Source: an uncultured Verrucomicrobiae bacterium (lineage in GTDB: Bacteria; Verrucomicrobiota; Verrucomicrobiia; Chthoniobacterales; UBA10450). Taken from it: DNA of 64,000 bases. A program made the position numbers and the translations under genes. The stretch spans positions 185,653-249,652 of the forward strand of contig CAVYMO010000002.1 of the NCBI GenBank assembly GCA_963769625.1, written 5' to 3'. The notes beneath the pieces are model-generated. The model made no database searches. It was not told where the DNA came from and was given only the letters and a program-made list of their open reading frames with translations. Positions 19,681 to 28,592 of this stretch are shown here, in pieces; within the stretch, counting starts at the first letter, position 1; each line of letters starts with the position of its first letter.

Positions 19681-20283
19681 ATGGGAAAACTTGATGGGAA
19701 AAAGGTGGCAATCCTCGTTGCCGACGGTTTTGAACAGGTGGAGATGACGGAGCCTCGCGCCGCGCTGCGCGAGGCAGGCGCGGAAACGAAGATCGTCTCA
19801 CCGACGCGGAAGCAGATCCAGGGGATGAATCAGGCGGACAAGGGCGACAAGTTTGACGTGGACGTGGCGCTGGCCTCGGCGAATCCGGCGGAGTTCGACG
19901 CGCTCTTGATTCCGGGCGGGTTAATGAATCCGGACGAGCTGCGTTCCACCCCGGAAGCTCTGGAGTTCACGAAGCATTTTTTCCGCACGGGTAAGCCGGT
20001 GGCGGCGATTTGCCATGGGCCGTGGGTCTTGATCGATGCGGAGGTGGTGGAAGGCCGGACGTTAACTTCCTGGCCGGCGATCCAGGCTGATGTGAAGAAT
20101 GCCGGCGGCACCTGGGTGGACGAGGAAGTGGTGGTGGACAACGGCCTCGTTACCAGTCGGAAGCCGGACGATATCCCGGCCTTCAATCGCACGATGATCG
20201 AGGAGTTTGCCGAAGGAAAACACGAAGGCCAGAAAGCGGCCGTCACGGAAGAAAAGAAGCCCGAACCCATCCTGGAAACATGA
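19681..20283 (+). CDS. DJ-1/PfpI family protein (general-stress-protein-18-like)
   Basis: KVAILVADGFEQVE, DALLIPGG, nucleophile context AAICHGPWVL and LVTSRKPDDIPAF. Confidence 0.9.
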   Translation: MGKLDGKKVAILVADGFEQVEMTEPRAALREAGAETKIVSPTRKQIQGMNQADKGDKFDVDVALASANPAEFDALLIPGGLMNPDELRSTPEALEFTKHFFRTGKPVAAICHGPWVLIDAEVVEGRTLTSWPAIQADVKNAGGTWVDEEVVVDNGLVTSRKPDDIPAFNRTMIEEFAEGKHEGQKAAVTEEKKPEPILET

Positions 20284-20678
20284 GCTACATCAAAAGGATG
20301 TTTGAAAGTCACCCGGTGAATCCTTCATCGGATCACGCGGTGAACATGGAATGCATCACCGCATGCTATGCGTGCGCAGAAGCTTGCAACGCATGCGCGG
20401 ATGCGTGCCTGGGCGAGAAAGACGTGGCCGCAATGGTGGAGTGTATTCGCAATTGCACGGACTGCGCCGACGTCTGCCTGGCGACGGGGCGTATCATGTC
20501 GCGCTTCACCGAGACGGACAAGAAGCTGGCGGGCGCGCTCCTGCGGGCGTGTATCCAGGCGTGCGAAGTCTGCGGCGCGACGTGCTCCGAGCACGGGCAG
20601 AAGATGGAGCATTGCCTGGTCTGCGCGGAGGCTTGCGCGCGCTGCAAAAAAGCGTGCCAGGCGCTACTGGCGGAGTAA
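20280..20678 (+). CDS. Cysteine-rich four-helix-bundle protein (DUF326 / Csp3-like putative cytosolic copper-binding protein)
   Basis: 132 aa with 19 Cys in repeated CxxxC / ACxxC spacing (CITACYACAEACNACADAC..). No signal peptide. The start overlaps the PfpI stop (ATGA). Confidence 0.8.
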   Translation: MSYIKRMFESHPVNPSSDHAVNMECITACYACAEACNACADACLGEKDVAAMVECIRNCTDCADVCLATGRIMSRFTETDKKLAGALLRACIQACEVCGATCSEHGQKMEHCLVCAEACARCKKACQALLAE

Positions 20679-20694
20679 CCGCGGGAAATTTTCG

Positions 20695-22041
20695 CTAGGG
20701 CAAAATCGCTTCGAGCACTTCGCGCGCTGCTTTGGCAGGCTTGAAGATGGGCGAAAGAATGCCGCCGAGGAAATGTTTCTCGATCGCCTTCATCAAGCGC
20801 GGCTTGAGATCGTCGTGCGGACGGGAGAGCGAACCACTTAGTTTGACCGTGGTCCAAAGGTAGCCGCCTTCCGCGCGGGTAAAGACGTCTTCTTTCGCGC
20901 CAGGGAATTTTGCCGCGATCTCCGGCGCCACCCCGAGTTCAAACGTCCCGTCGATCTCACCTTTTTCGAGGGTGAAATTACCGGCGGCGCAGAGAAGGCC
21001 TTTCGCTTCTGCGCGTAACTTGCGCCCGGTTAATTTTCCGTCGGCCCATTCGTCCTCCCCGCGCACCTCATCGACTCTCAAGGGGCTGAGCCTCGATTCG
21101 CCCGTAAATGCGGCCGCCCGCGCCAGCCCGGCGACGTTGCGGACGAGCAAATCCTGCGTCGAAAGCGCACCCGAGGCGGAAATCTTCTCCACCCCGCTCA
21201 TGGTTTTTTGCACCCGGGTCTCCCCTTGGAAGGTACCCTTCAATTTATCCCGACTCCCCTCAGTGAGAAAGGGATTGATCGGGCAGCGCTCAAATTTGAG
21301 TGTCAGGTCAAGGGACGCGTCTTTTTCAAATCGAAAGCCGCCGCGGACGCTGATGGCACCTTCATCTCCCAAGGCCAGGTGGCCGTCATCGACCCTGAGG
21401 ACGGGCTTCTCATAGTAGAGTTGAAACCTGGTCACTCCTACTTCTGGCAATTGCGCCTGGCGAAAGGTACCGCCACTTCCCTGCACGATCAGATTTTTGC
21501 CTTCTGTTCGGAAGGTGGTCCGGACCCCGCGAAAAGCTCCCCCGCCCTTTTCCGGGTCAGCAAAGAACAAATCGGTTTGCGCGATGGTCGCTTCGCGCAC
21601 GTCCACGCTCATGATCGATTCATCTTCCGCCGCCGGCACCAAGGAGGGTGCGGCAAACTCTGAGCGATCCAAGAAGAGCGTCGCTTCAGGGCCGTAGGCG
21701 ATCTGCGCCCGCCGGGCGGAGACGTTATCGATACGCCATTTGCCGCGCCAAAGTTCGATTAGGCTAAAGTGGGCGGACAGGTCCGCGACGCGAATCTCGG
21801 TGAGGGCGCGGGGTGGGGAGCCCGTGCCGACAACTCCCGGCGTAAAAGCAGAGAAGCCTCGCGCTGTTATCGGAAGGTAGCCTGTGTCTCCCCCAACGAC
21901 GCGTCCAGTTTTGGCTGAGATAAGCGTCCTGAGTTTTTCACTTTCGAGCGTCCGGGCGACGAAACGCTCCACAAAGAAGGCGCCGACGGCACTTACGAGC
22001 AAGAGTCCGAGCGCAAGAAGAGTAAGAAGACGACGCGTCAT
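20695..22041 (-). CDS. Membrane-anchored hypothetical protein (AsmA-like, tentative)
   Basis: Intact 448-aa ORF with an N-terminal TM anchor MTRRLLTLLALGLLLVSAVGAFF and a long beta-rich body ending ..VKLSGSLSRPHDDLKP. The family call is tentative. Confidence 0.6.
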   Translation of the reverse strand: MTRRLLTLLALGLLLVSAVGAFFVERFVARTLESEKLRTLISAKTGRVVGGDTGYLPITARGFSAFTPGVVGTGSPPRALTEIRVADLSAHFSLIELWRGKWRIDNVSARRAQIAYGPEATLFLDRSEFAAPSLVPAAEDESIMSVDVREATIAQTDLFFADPEKGGGAFRGVRTTFRTEGKNLIVQGSGGTFRQAQLPEVGVTRFQLYYEKPVLRVDDGHLALGDEGAISVRGGFRFEKDASLDLTLKFERCPINPFLTEGSRDKLKGTFQGETRVQKTMSGVEKISASGALSTQDLLVRNVAGLARAAAFTGESRLSPLRVDEVRGEDEWADGKLTGRKLRAEAKGLLCAAGNFTLEKGEIDGTFELGVAPEIAAKFPGAKEDVFTRAEGGYLWTTVKLSGSLSRPHDDLKPRLMKAIEKHFLGGILSPIFKPAKAAREVLEAILP

Positions 22042-22322
22042 CGTGTTTCTCGGCGCGCATTCATGAATAAGGAGATTCGCGGCCGGAGTCTTTTGCGACC
22101 GTGTTCTCTCGAAAGAAAAGAAGAACGCCGCCCGATCCTCTCCAAAAAATCCCTAGGAAACCTCTGGTCCCGCGCGCAGGAAAAGCGGCGACCGTGGCGG
22201 TTGAAATTTGAGGAAGGCGGGCCGGAATAGGATTTCACATTCTCGAATTCTGCCTGCTGCACGATGGCGTTAAAGGCGTATGGTGGGCCGCTCTGAGAAC
22301 GCGTCTCCTCTGTTTCGCCGCA

Positions 22323-22661
22323 ATGATTGCTCTCTTCCCGGCCTTGGGTTTTGCCCGAGATGCCAGGGAGCAGGCCCGGATCGAGCATTTGCTCGATGCC
22401 GTGGCAAAGGCGGAAGGCGTGACCTTCATTCGGAGTGGATCTGAATATCTGGGGGCAGCCGCAGCGGAGCACCTGCGGCGAAAGCTCGATTATGGTGGCG
22501 AGCGCCTCCGGACCGCGGAGGACTTCATTAAGTACTGTGCGACGGAATCGTCCCTTACCCATCGCCATTACAAGGTGCGCACCTCCAATGGGACTTTGCA
22601 AGATTCGGCGGCGTATTTCACTGCGCTGCTCAGCGAATTCGACCACCCAACGAAGCGTTAA
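22323..22661 (+). CDS. DUF5329-like small protein
   Basis: IEHLLDAVAKAEGVTFIRSGSEYLGAAAAEHLRRKL..RTAEDFIKYCATESSLT..YKV matches my recollection of DUF5329. The short signal-like N-terminus may be truncated by an upstream indel. Confidence 0.6.
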   Translation: MIALFPALGFARDAREQARIEHLLDAVAKAEGVTFIRSGSEYLGAAAAEHLRRKLDYGGERLRTAEDFIKYCATESSLTHRHYKVRTSNGTLQDSAAYFTALLSEFDHPTKR

Positions 22662-22671
22662 GATCCCCATT

Positions 22672-23961
22672 ATGCTCACGTCAATCTGCGCGCCGCTGCG
22701 CACTCGGGTCCGGACCGCCGCTACCGGACTGGCCAGCGTCGCTCTATGCCTGGCCGGTTGCACCCTGGGCGAAGGCAAAAAGGTGACAGAGAAAGTGACG
22801 CCGCTCTACTCGGCCTCGTCGCCGGAGTTTCGGCAGGCGACGGGCTCTCTTCTGGGTGGCAATTTCGTGAGCGGCAACAGCATCACCACCCTGGAGAATG
22901 GACGCGAAATCTTTCCGGCGATGCTGAGTGCGATTCGTGGGGCGAAGCGCACGATCAATTTCGAGACCTACATCATGTGGGATGGCGAGATCGCGAAAAA
23001 ATTCGCGGCCGCCCTCGCCGAACGTGCGCGCGCAGGCGTGAAGGTAAACGCGATCCTCGACGCTCAGGGCACCGGCAAGATGGGCAGCGACAATCTCGCC
23101 CTCATGGAAAACGCAGGCGTGAAGGTGGTGAAGTATCACTCGATTCTTTGGCTCGATCCGCGGCGTTACAATAATCGGAGCCATCGCAAATTGCTGATCG
23201 TGGACGGCCGGGTGGGCTTCATCGGCGGTGTCGGGATCGCGGATTTGTGGCTGGGCGATGGGAATTCGCCCGAGGAGTGGCGCGAGAATCATTACCGCGT
23301 GACCGGTCCGGTGGTGGCGCAGTTGCAGGCTGCGTTCATGGATAATTGGCTGAAGACGGAAGGCAGCGTCCTGCATGGGACGGAATACTTTCCGGCGTTG
23401 AGCGCGACCGGGCCCCACACCGCGCAGGCGTTCAAGAGTTCGCCGCGGCAGGGCGACATGGACATTCATCTCATGTATCTGCTCGCGATCGCTTCGGCGC
23501 AGCGCAGTCTCTTAATCGAGAATGCCTATTTCCTGCCCGATGGATTGATGCGAAAAGGTTTGATCGACGCGGCGAAACGCGGGGCGCGGGTGGAGATCGT
23601 GGTGCCGGGCAAGCACATCGATCAAGGCGTGGTGCGGGCGGCGTCGCGGAAGTATTGGCCGGAGCTGCTCAAGGCCGGCATCCGCATTTACGAATACCAG
23701 CCGGGAATGACGCACGTGAAGCAGATGATCGTGGACGGGACGTTTGTCTCGGTCGGCTCCGCGAATTTCGATCTGCGTTCCTTGCGTTTGAATGACGAGG
23801 CGAACCTGAACGTTTTGAGCGCGAGCTTCGCCGCGGAGCAGACGCGCCTTTTCGAGAGGGACAAGGCTCGCTCGCGCGAGATCACGCTCGACGATACCGG
23901 CAAGCTTGGCTTTCTGAATCCGGTGCAGCAGGCGGCCAGTGTGATGGCGCCGCAGCTCTAG
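22672..23961 (+). CDS. Phospholipase D / cardiolipin synthase family lipoprotein (ClsB-like)
   Basis: Lipobox LCLAGC and two HKD motifs (HRKLLIVDGRVGFIGGVG and HVKQMIVDGTFVSVGSANFD). ATG at 22672 within ORF 22435..23961. Confidence 0.85.
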   Translation: MLTSICAPLRTRVRTAATGLASVALCLAGCTLGEGKKVTEKVTPLYSASSPEFRQATGSLLGGNFVSGNSITTLENGREIFPAMLSAIRGAKRTINFETYIMWDGEIAKKFAAALAERARAGVKVNAILDAQGTGKMGSDNLALMENAGVKVVKYHSILWLDPRRYNNRSHRKLLIVDGRVGFIGGVGIADLWLGDGNSPEEWRENHYRVTGPVVAQLQAAFMDNWLKTEGSVLHGTEYFPALSATGPHTAQAFKSSPRQGDMDIHLMYLLAIASAQRSLLIENAYFLPDGLMRKGLIDAAKRGARVEIVVPGKHIDQGVVRAASRKYWPELLKAGIRIYEYQPGMTHVKQMIVDGTFVSVGSANFDLRSLRLNDEANLNVLSASFAAEQTRLFERDKARSREITLDDTGKLGFLNPVQQAASVMAPQL

Positions 23962-23972
23962 CGAGCAGAACG

Positions 23973-24398
23973 ATGAAGGCGATCACGACGCGGGCGTTTG
24001 CGATGGAGGATTACGACGCGGCGGTCGCGCTTTGGCGAGAGATGATGGGCATCGAGATTTGCGAGGGGGATTCCCGGGAGGAGATCGGCGTTTATCTGGC
24101 GCGGAACCCGGAGTTGAGTCGCGTGGCGGAGTGCGAAGGGGAAATCGTGGGCGCGGTGCTGTGCGGTCACGATGGACGACGCGGCCATATTTATCACCTG
24201 GCTGTGGCGACGGCGTTTCGCGGGCGCGGGATCGGGAAGATGATGCTGGACGATTGCGTCGCCGGACTGGAGGCGGCGGGCATTCCGCGGGCGATCATTT
24301 TGGTGGCGGGCGATAATGTGCGCGGTCACGAGTTTTGGCTGCGCCAGGGTTGGGAGGATATCGATGCGCTGGCCATGGCGCGGGATGTTCCCGGCTGA
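23973..24398 (+). CDS. GNAT family N-acetyltransferase
   Basis: 141 aa with the acetyl-CoA motif HLAVATAFRGRGIGKMM. Confidence 0.8.
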   Translation: MKAITTRAFAMEDYDAAVALWREMMGIEICEGDSREEIGVYLARNPELSRVAECEGEIVGAVLCGHDGRRGHIYHLAVATAFRGRGIGKMMLDDCVAGLEAAGIPRAIILVAGDNVRGHEFWLRQGWEDIDALAMARDVPG

Positions 24399-24929
24399 TG
24401 CGCGTCATTCTCGAAACGGAGCGGCTCGTCTTGCGCGAGTACGGTGAGGAGGACGCGGAATCGTTCTTCCGCCTAAACAGCGATCCGGCAGTGATCGAAT
24501 TTACCAACGACGCTCTGGTCCCGAGCGTCGAGAAGGCGCGCGATTCTGCGGGAGTATCCGATGGCGGATTATCGGACGTATGGTTTTGGGCGCTGGGCTT
24601 GCGTCCTGCGCGCGAGCGATGAGGTGATCGGCCTCGCGGGCTTGAAGTTTCTGCCGGAACGAGACGAAGTGGATTTGGGTTACCGGTTCCAGGTCGCGCA
24701 TTGGGGGCGCGGGCTGGCGACGGAAGTTTCCCAGGCGGTGGTGCGATATGGCTTTGAAACTCTGAAGTTGCCGCAGATCACGGCGCTCGTGCAACCGGAG
24801 AACATCGCCTCCGTGCGCGTCCTCGGAAAATGCGGTCTCACGCCCACGGGCGAGGTGCAATACCGCGGCCGCCGGGTCGTCCATTGCGGAATCCCGAGGC
24901 GGTTGAAAAGTCGTCCGCACGCGCCATAG
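24398..24929 (+). pseudogene. GNAT N-acetyltransferase (RimJ/RimL-like), frameshift near 24545
   Basis: MRVILETERLVLREYGEEDAESFFRLNSDP (ORF 24335..24622) joins YRTYGFGRWACVLRASDEVIGLAGL..GYRFQVAHWGRGLATE (ORF 24561..24929). The start overlaps the previous GNAT stop. Confidence 0.75.
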
Positions 24930-24935
24930 CATGGG

Positions 24936-25178
24936 ATGACGGATAATCTGATTGCCCGGCGTTTACTTCAGACGGGCGCGCTTCTTTTGATCGGCGATGG
25001 CATCATGGGGCTGCTCCAGCCGCGCCGGCATTCATTGCTCTGGCATTTTGGGCCGCAACTGGCGAAAGCGGTGACGGAGGAGCTGGCGGAACACCCAAAC
25101 ACCGCCCGCGCACTTTACCTGGTGGAGGCGCTGGCCGGGGTGGCGATCGCGGCTTCACAGACGTCCGAGGAAGACTGA
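24936..25178 (+). CDS. Small hypothetical membrane protein
   Basis: 80-aa ORF with two hydrophobic stretches (LLQTGALLLIGDGIMGLL and LVEALAGVAIAA). No family recognised. Confidence 0.45.
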   Translation: MTDNLIARRLLQTGALLLIGDGIMGLLQPRRHSLLWHFGPQLAKAVTEELAEHPNTARALYLVEALAGVAIAASQTSEED

Positions 25179-25238
25179 GCAAATCGGGTGAGAAGGATCG
25201 CGCTCGACGTCGGCTCCGAGCAAGGCGAACCTTGAGGC

Positions 25239-25787
25239 ATGAAGATGTTTCCTTCGCTCCTGGTTCTGCCCGCCCTCCTCCTGCTCATCTCCCCGCTGCG
25301 CGCGGAGGAAAAACCGCGAGTCAGCCCGCACGAGAAAGTCACCGCGACCATCGACGGGAACGACATGATCGTCGTCTACGGACGTCCTTACACGAAGGAT
25401 CCGAAGAGCGGCGCGCCGCGCAAAGTCTGGGGCGGCCTCGTCCCTTACGGCAAAGTTTGGCGGATGGGCGCGGATGAAGCCACTCTACTCACGACCGACA
25501 AGGCGATCGAGATGGATGGAAAAGAAATCGCGGCCGGCACCTATTCGCTCTTTTTCCTGCCCGAGGAAGGTGGCGGGAAGTTGATCGTGAACAAGCAAAC
25601 CGGCCAATGGGGCACGAAACACGACGAGAGCCAGGACGTGGCGCGCGTTGAAGTGAAGAAAGAAACGCCGGAGAAGCCGGTGGAGCAGTTCACGATCGCG
25701 CTCGAAAAGGGCCAGGACGGCGGCGGTGTGCTTCGGGTGATGTGGGAGAACGCCAGCTACGCGGTTCCGTTCAAGGTGAAGGGATAG
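25239..25787 (+). CDS. DUF2911-family secreted protein
   Basis: Signal peptide MKMFPSLLVLPALLLLISPLRA and the pattern ..VVYGRPYTKD..VPYGKVWRMGADEATLL..AGTYSLFFLP..LIVNKQTGQWG typical of DUF2911. Confidence 0.75.
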   Translation: MKMFPSLLVLPALLLLISPLRAEEKPRVSPHEKVTATIDGNDMIVVYGRPYTKDPKSGAPRKVWGGLVPYGKVWRMGADEATLLTTDKAIEMDGKEIAAGTYSLFFLPEEGGGKLIVNKQTGQWGTKHDESQDVARVEVKKETPEKPVEQFTIALEKGQDGGGVLRVMWENASYAVPFKVKG

Positions 25788-25852
25788 GTCACGCGCGCTC
25801 CTGCGGGATTCTCCGGCCGCATCAGCAGCCCGGGCCGATTGGGCAGAGCCGC

Positions 25853-26086
25853 CTAACGCTTCTTTCCCGTGCGGCCCATGAGCGCACCAATTAAGCCAAG
25901 GACAAAGAGGACGCCACCGATTGCGAGCAGAATCACCGAGGCGTCGTGTACCTGGCGCATCCACTGCGCCCAGCCCAAGAGCAGGAACAGCACTCCGATC
26001 GAGGCAATGGTGACACCGGTGCCGATGATGGCCTCCGGCGACATGGAGAACTTCGTGGCGGGTGGATTGATCTCGGGCGTATTCAT
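25853..26086 (-). CDS. Small two-TM hypothetical membrane protein
   Basis: 77-aa ORF with two clear TM helices (IIGTGVTIASIGVLFLLLGWA and SVILLAIGGVLFVLGLIGALM) and a basic C-terminus. Confidence 0.5.
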   Translation of the reverse strand: MNTPEINPPATKFSMSPEAIIGTGVTIASIGVLFLLLGWAQWMRQVHDASVILLAIGGVLFVLGLIGALMGRTGKKR

Positions 26087-26306
26087 GGGCTTCGGAAGCT
26101 AATCGTGTGCAGCGCCGCAGCGCAAGCTCGCAGCGGGCCGCAAAAGTGGATGTCTTTTTGCGTCCATGCATCCGTTTCCCCCTGTCAGGCGCAGTAACGG
26201 GCACCGAGGCGGATCGAGGCGCGGGAATATTTATGCCCACCGAGCATTCTAACTTCGACGTAGGGCCAATTTTACGGCAGCCTGTAGGCACACCGACCCG
26301 ATTACC

Positions 26307-27462
26307 ATGAGCACACTAAACGCAGAGGCAGCTGTTCGAGATCGTTACGCCGCAGGCGCGCAAGCCGCGGAGTCAAAACTTTGCTGCCCAGTCGATTACA
26401 ACACCGGAATACCTCAAGGTCATCCCGCGGAGGTGATCGAGCGGGATTACGGTTGCGGCGATCCGAGCAAATATTTGCGGACTGGCGAGACCGTCCTCGA
26501 TCTCGGCAGCGGCACCGGCAAGATTTGCTTCATCGCCGCGCAGGTCGTCGGCTCCACGGGCAAGGTCATCGGGGTTGATATGACCGACGAAATGCTCGAG
26601 GTCGCGCGCCGCAACGCGCCCATCGTGGCCGAGCGGGTCGGTTATCGAAAACGTCGAGTTCCGCAAAGGCCGCATCCAGGATTTGGCGCTCGATTTGGAA
26701 CGCCTCGACGCCGAGCTGCAGCAACGTCCGATCAACGACGCCGCTTCCTTCCTCGCCGCGGACGAGCTGGCACAGGATTTACGCGTAAAACATCCGCTCG
26801 TGGCGGACGATTCCGTGGACGTGGTCGTTTCCAACTGCGTTCTCAACCTCGTGGAAGCAAAAGCGAAACGTCAGCTCTTCGAGGAAATCTTCCGCGTGCT
26901 CAAGATCGGCGGACGCGCCGTCATTTCCGACATCGTGAGCGATGAAGAAGTGCCGGAGCATATGCAGAACGATCCCGAACTCTGGAGCGGCTGCATCTCG
27001 GGCGCGCTGACCGAGGAAGGTTTCGTCGCCGCGTTTACCGAGGCCGGCTTCTACGGCGTGCAAATCTTGAAACGCGACGAGCAACCGTGGCAGACGGTGG
27101 AAGGCATCGAATTCCGGTCCGTCACGATCGAAGCACTGAAAGGCAAGCAGGGTCCCTGCGTCGAACGCAACCAGGCCGTCATCTATCGCGGCCCCTTCAA
27201 GGAAGTGCTCGACGACGACAATCACCGCATGGAACGCGGCCGCCGTTACGCCGTTTGCGACAAGACCTATAATATTTACCGCAAGGCACCTTACGCGGAG
27301 TCCTTCGAGTTCATCGAACCGCTCACGCCCATTCCGCTGGCGGAAGCGAAACCGTTCGATTGCTCGCGCACCGCATTGCGCCACCCGAAGGAAACCAAGG
27401 GCCAGGATTACAAGGCGACCACCGATGCCAGCAGTTGCTGCGACGGCGGAAGTTGCTGCTAG
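26307..27462 (+). pseudogene. arsM: ArsM-like SAM-dependent (arsenite) methyltransferase, one frameshift near 26648
   Basis: SAM motif [13 protein letters not shown] and conserved Cys positions (LCCPVDY, DYGCGDP, WSGCISG). ORF 26307..26945 joins ORF 26683..27462 at ..AERVG / [13 protein letters not shown]. Cys-rich tail SSCCDGGSCC. Confidence 0.8.
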
Positions 27463-27467
27463 CGCTC

Positions 27468-28592
27468 ATGTTGATCGCCCTAGCACTCTTTTTTGCCGCT
27501 TGCTTTCTCGCCTACGCGAACGGCGCGAACGACAACTTCAAAGGGGTCGCTTCGCTTTTCGGTTCGCGGACGACGAGTTACCGCACCGCGATCACCTGGG
27601 CGACGGTCACGACTTTCGCGGGCTCGATCGCCTCGATCTTTCTCGCGCAGGCTCTGCTCAAGAAATTCTCTGGCAAGGGTCTCGTGCCGGAAGCGATCGT
27701 GGGTTCGGAGTGGTTTCTGCTCGCCGTCGCGCTTGGCGCGGGTCTCACCATCATCCTCGCGACGCGCTTCGGTTTTCCGATTTCGACCACGCACGCGTTA
27801 ACCGGCGCGATCGTCGGCAGCGGCTTCGTCGCGGTGGGAAATCAGGTGAACGCGTCCGCGCTCGGGAAAGGTTTCATCCTTCCGCTTCTGCTTGGGCCGG
27901 TGCTCGCGATCGCGCTCGGCGCGGTCCTCTATTTTCTCTTCCACGGCGTGCGCCTCGCCTTTGGTTTAACGAAAGAATGGTGCGTCTGTATCGGCTGCGA
28001 GGAACGCGTGATCGCGCAACCGCAACCGACCTCGATCCTTGCCCTGCGCTCGATGCCTGCGCCGATGAGTTTGACGGTCGATGAATTGGAAAATTGCGAG
28101 GAACGCTACGCCGGCCGGGCCTTTGGCGTGAGCAGTCAGCAACTCATGGACGGCGCGCACTTCCTGAGCGCAGGCGTGGTCGGCTTCGCGCGCGGCTTGA
28201 ACGACACGCCCAAGATCGTGGCCATGCTGCTCCTCTTGCAGGCGATGGATATTCGCTGGGGCTTCTTCGCGGTCGCCTGCACCATGGCGGTCGGCGGTTT
28301 GCTCCATTCCCGCCGGATCGCGGAAACGATGAGCCACAAGATCACGACCATGAATCATGGCCAGGGATTCTCCGCCAATCTCGCCACCGGCATCCTTGTC
28401 ATCTTCGCCAGTCTCTTTGGCTTGCCTGTTTCGACCACGCACGTCTCCGTCGGCGCGCTCTTTGGCGTCGGCCTCACCACCGGCCAGGCCAACCCGCGCG
28501 TCATCCGCAACATCGTCCTCTCCTGGATCGTCACCCTCCCCTGCGCCGCACTTCTGGCCGGCGCCGCCTACGCCATTTTCCGCCTCTTATGA
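27468..28592 (+). CDS. PiT-family inorganic phosphate (and potentially arsenate) transporter
   Basis: PHO4/PiT signature AYANGANDNFKGVASLFGS near the N-terminus and the repeat ARGLNDTPKIVA..PVSTTHVSVGALFG. About 10 TM segments. ATG 27468 lies 6 nt after the arsM stop, and its stop overlaps the arsS start (ATGA). Confidence 0.9.
   Translation: MLIALALFFAACFLAYANGANDNFKGVASLFGSRTTSYRTAITWATVTTFAGSIASIFLAQALLKKFSGKGLVPEAIVGSEWFLLAVALGAGLTIILATRFGFPISTTHALTGAIVGSGFVAVGNQVNASALGKGFILPLLLGPVLAIALGAVLYFLFHGVRLAFGLTKEWCVCIGCEERVIAQPQPTSILALRSMPAPMSLTVDELENCEERYAGRAFGVSSQQLMDGAHFLSAGVVGFARGLNDTPKIVAMLLLLQAMDIRWGFFAVACTMAVGGLLHSRRIAETMSHKITTMNHGQGFSANLATGILVIFASLFGLPVSTTHVSVGALFGVGLTTGQANPRVIRNIVLSWIVTLPCAALLAGAAYAIFRLL

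Noticed and set aside
22038-22778. 246-aa minus-strand ORF spanning the DUF5329 gene and the cls start
   Set aside because: It is antisense to two genes with recognisable motifs and has no motifs of its own.
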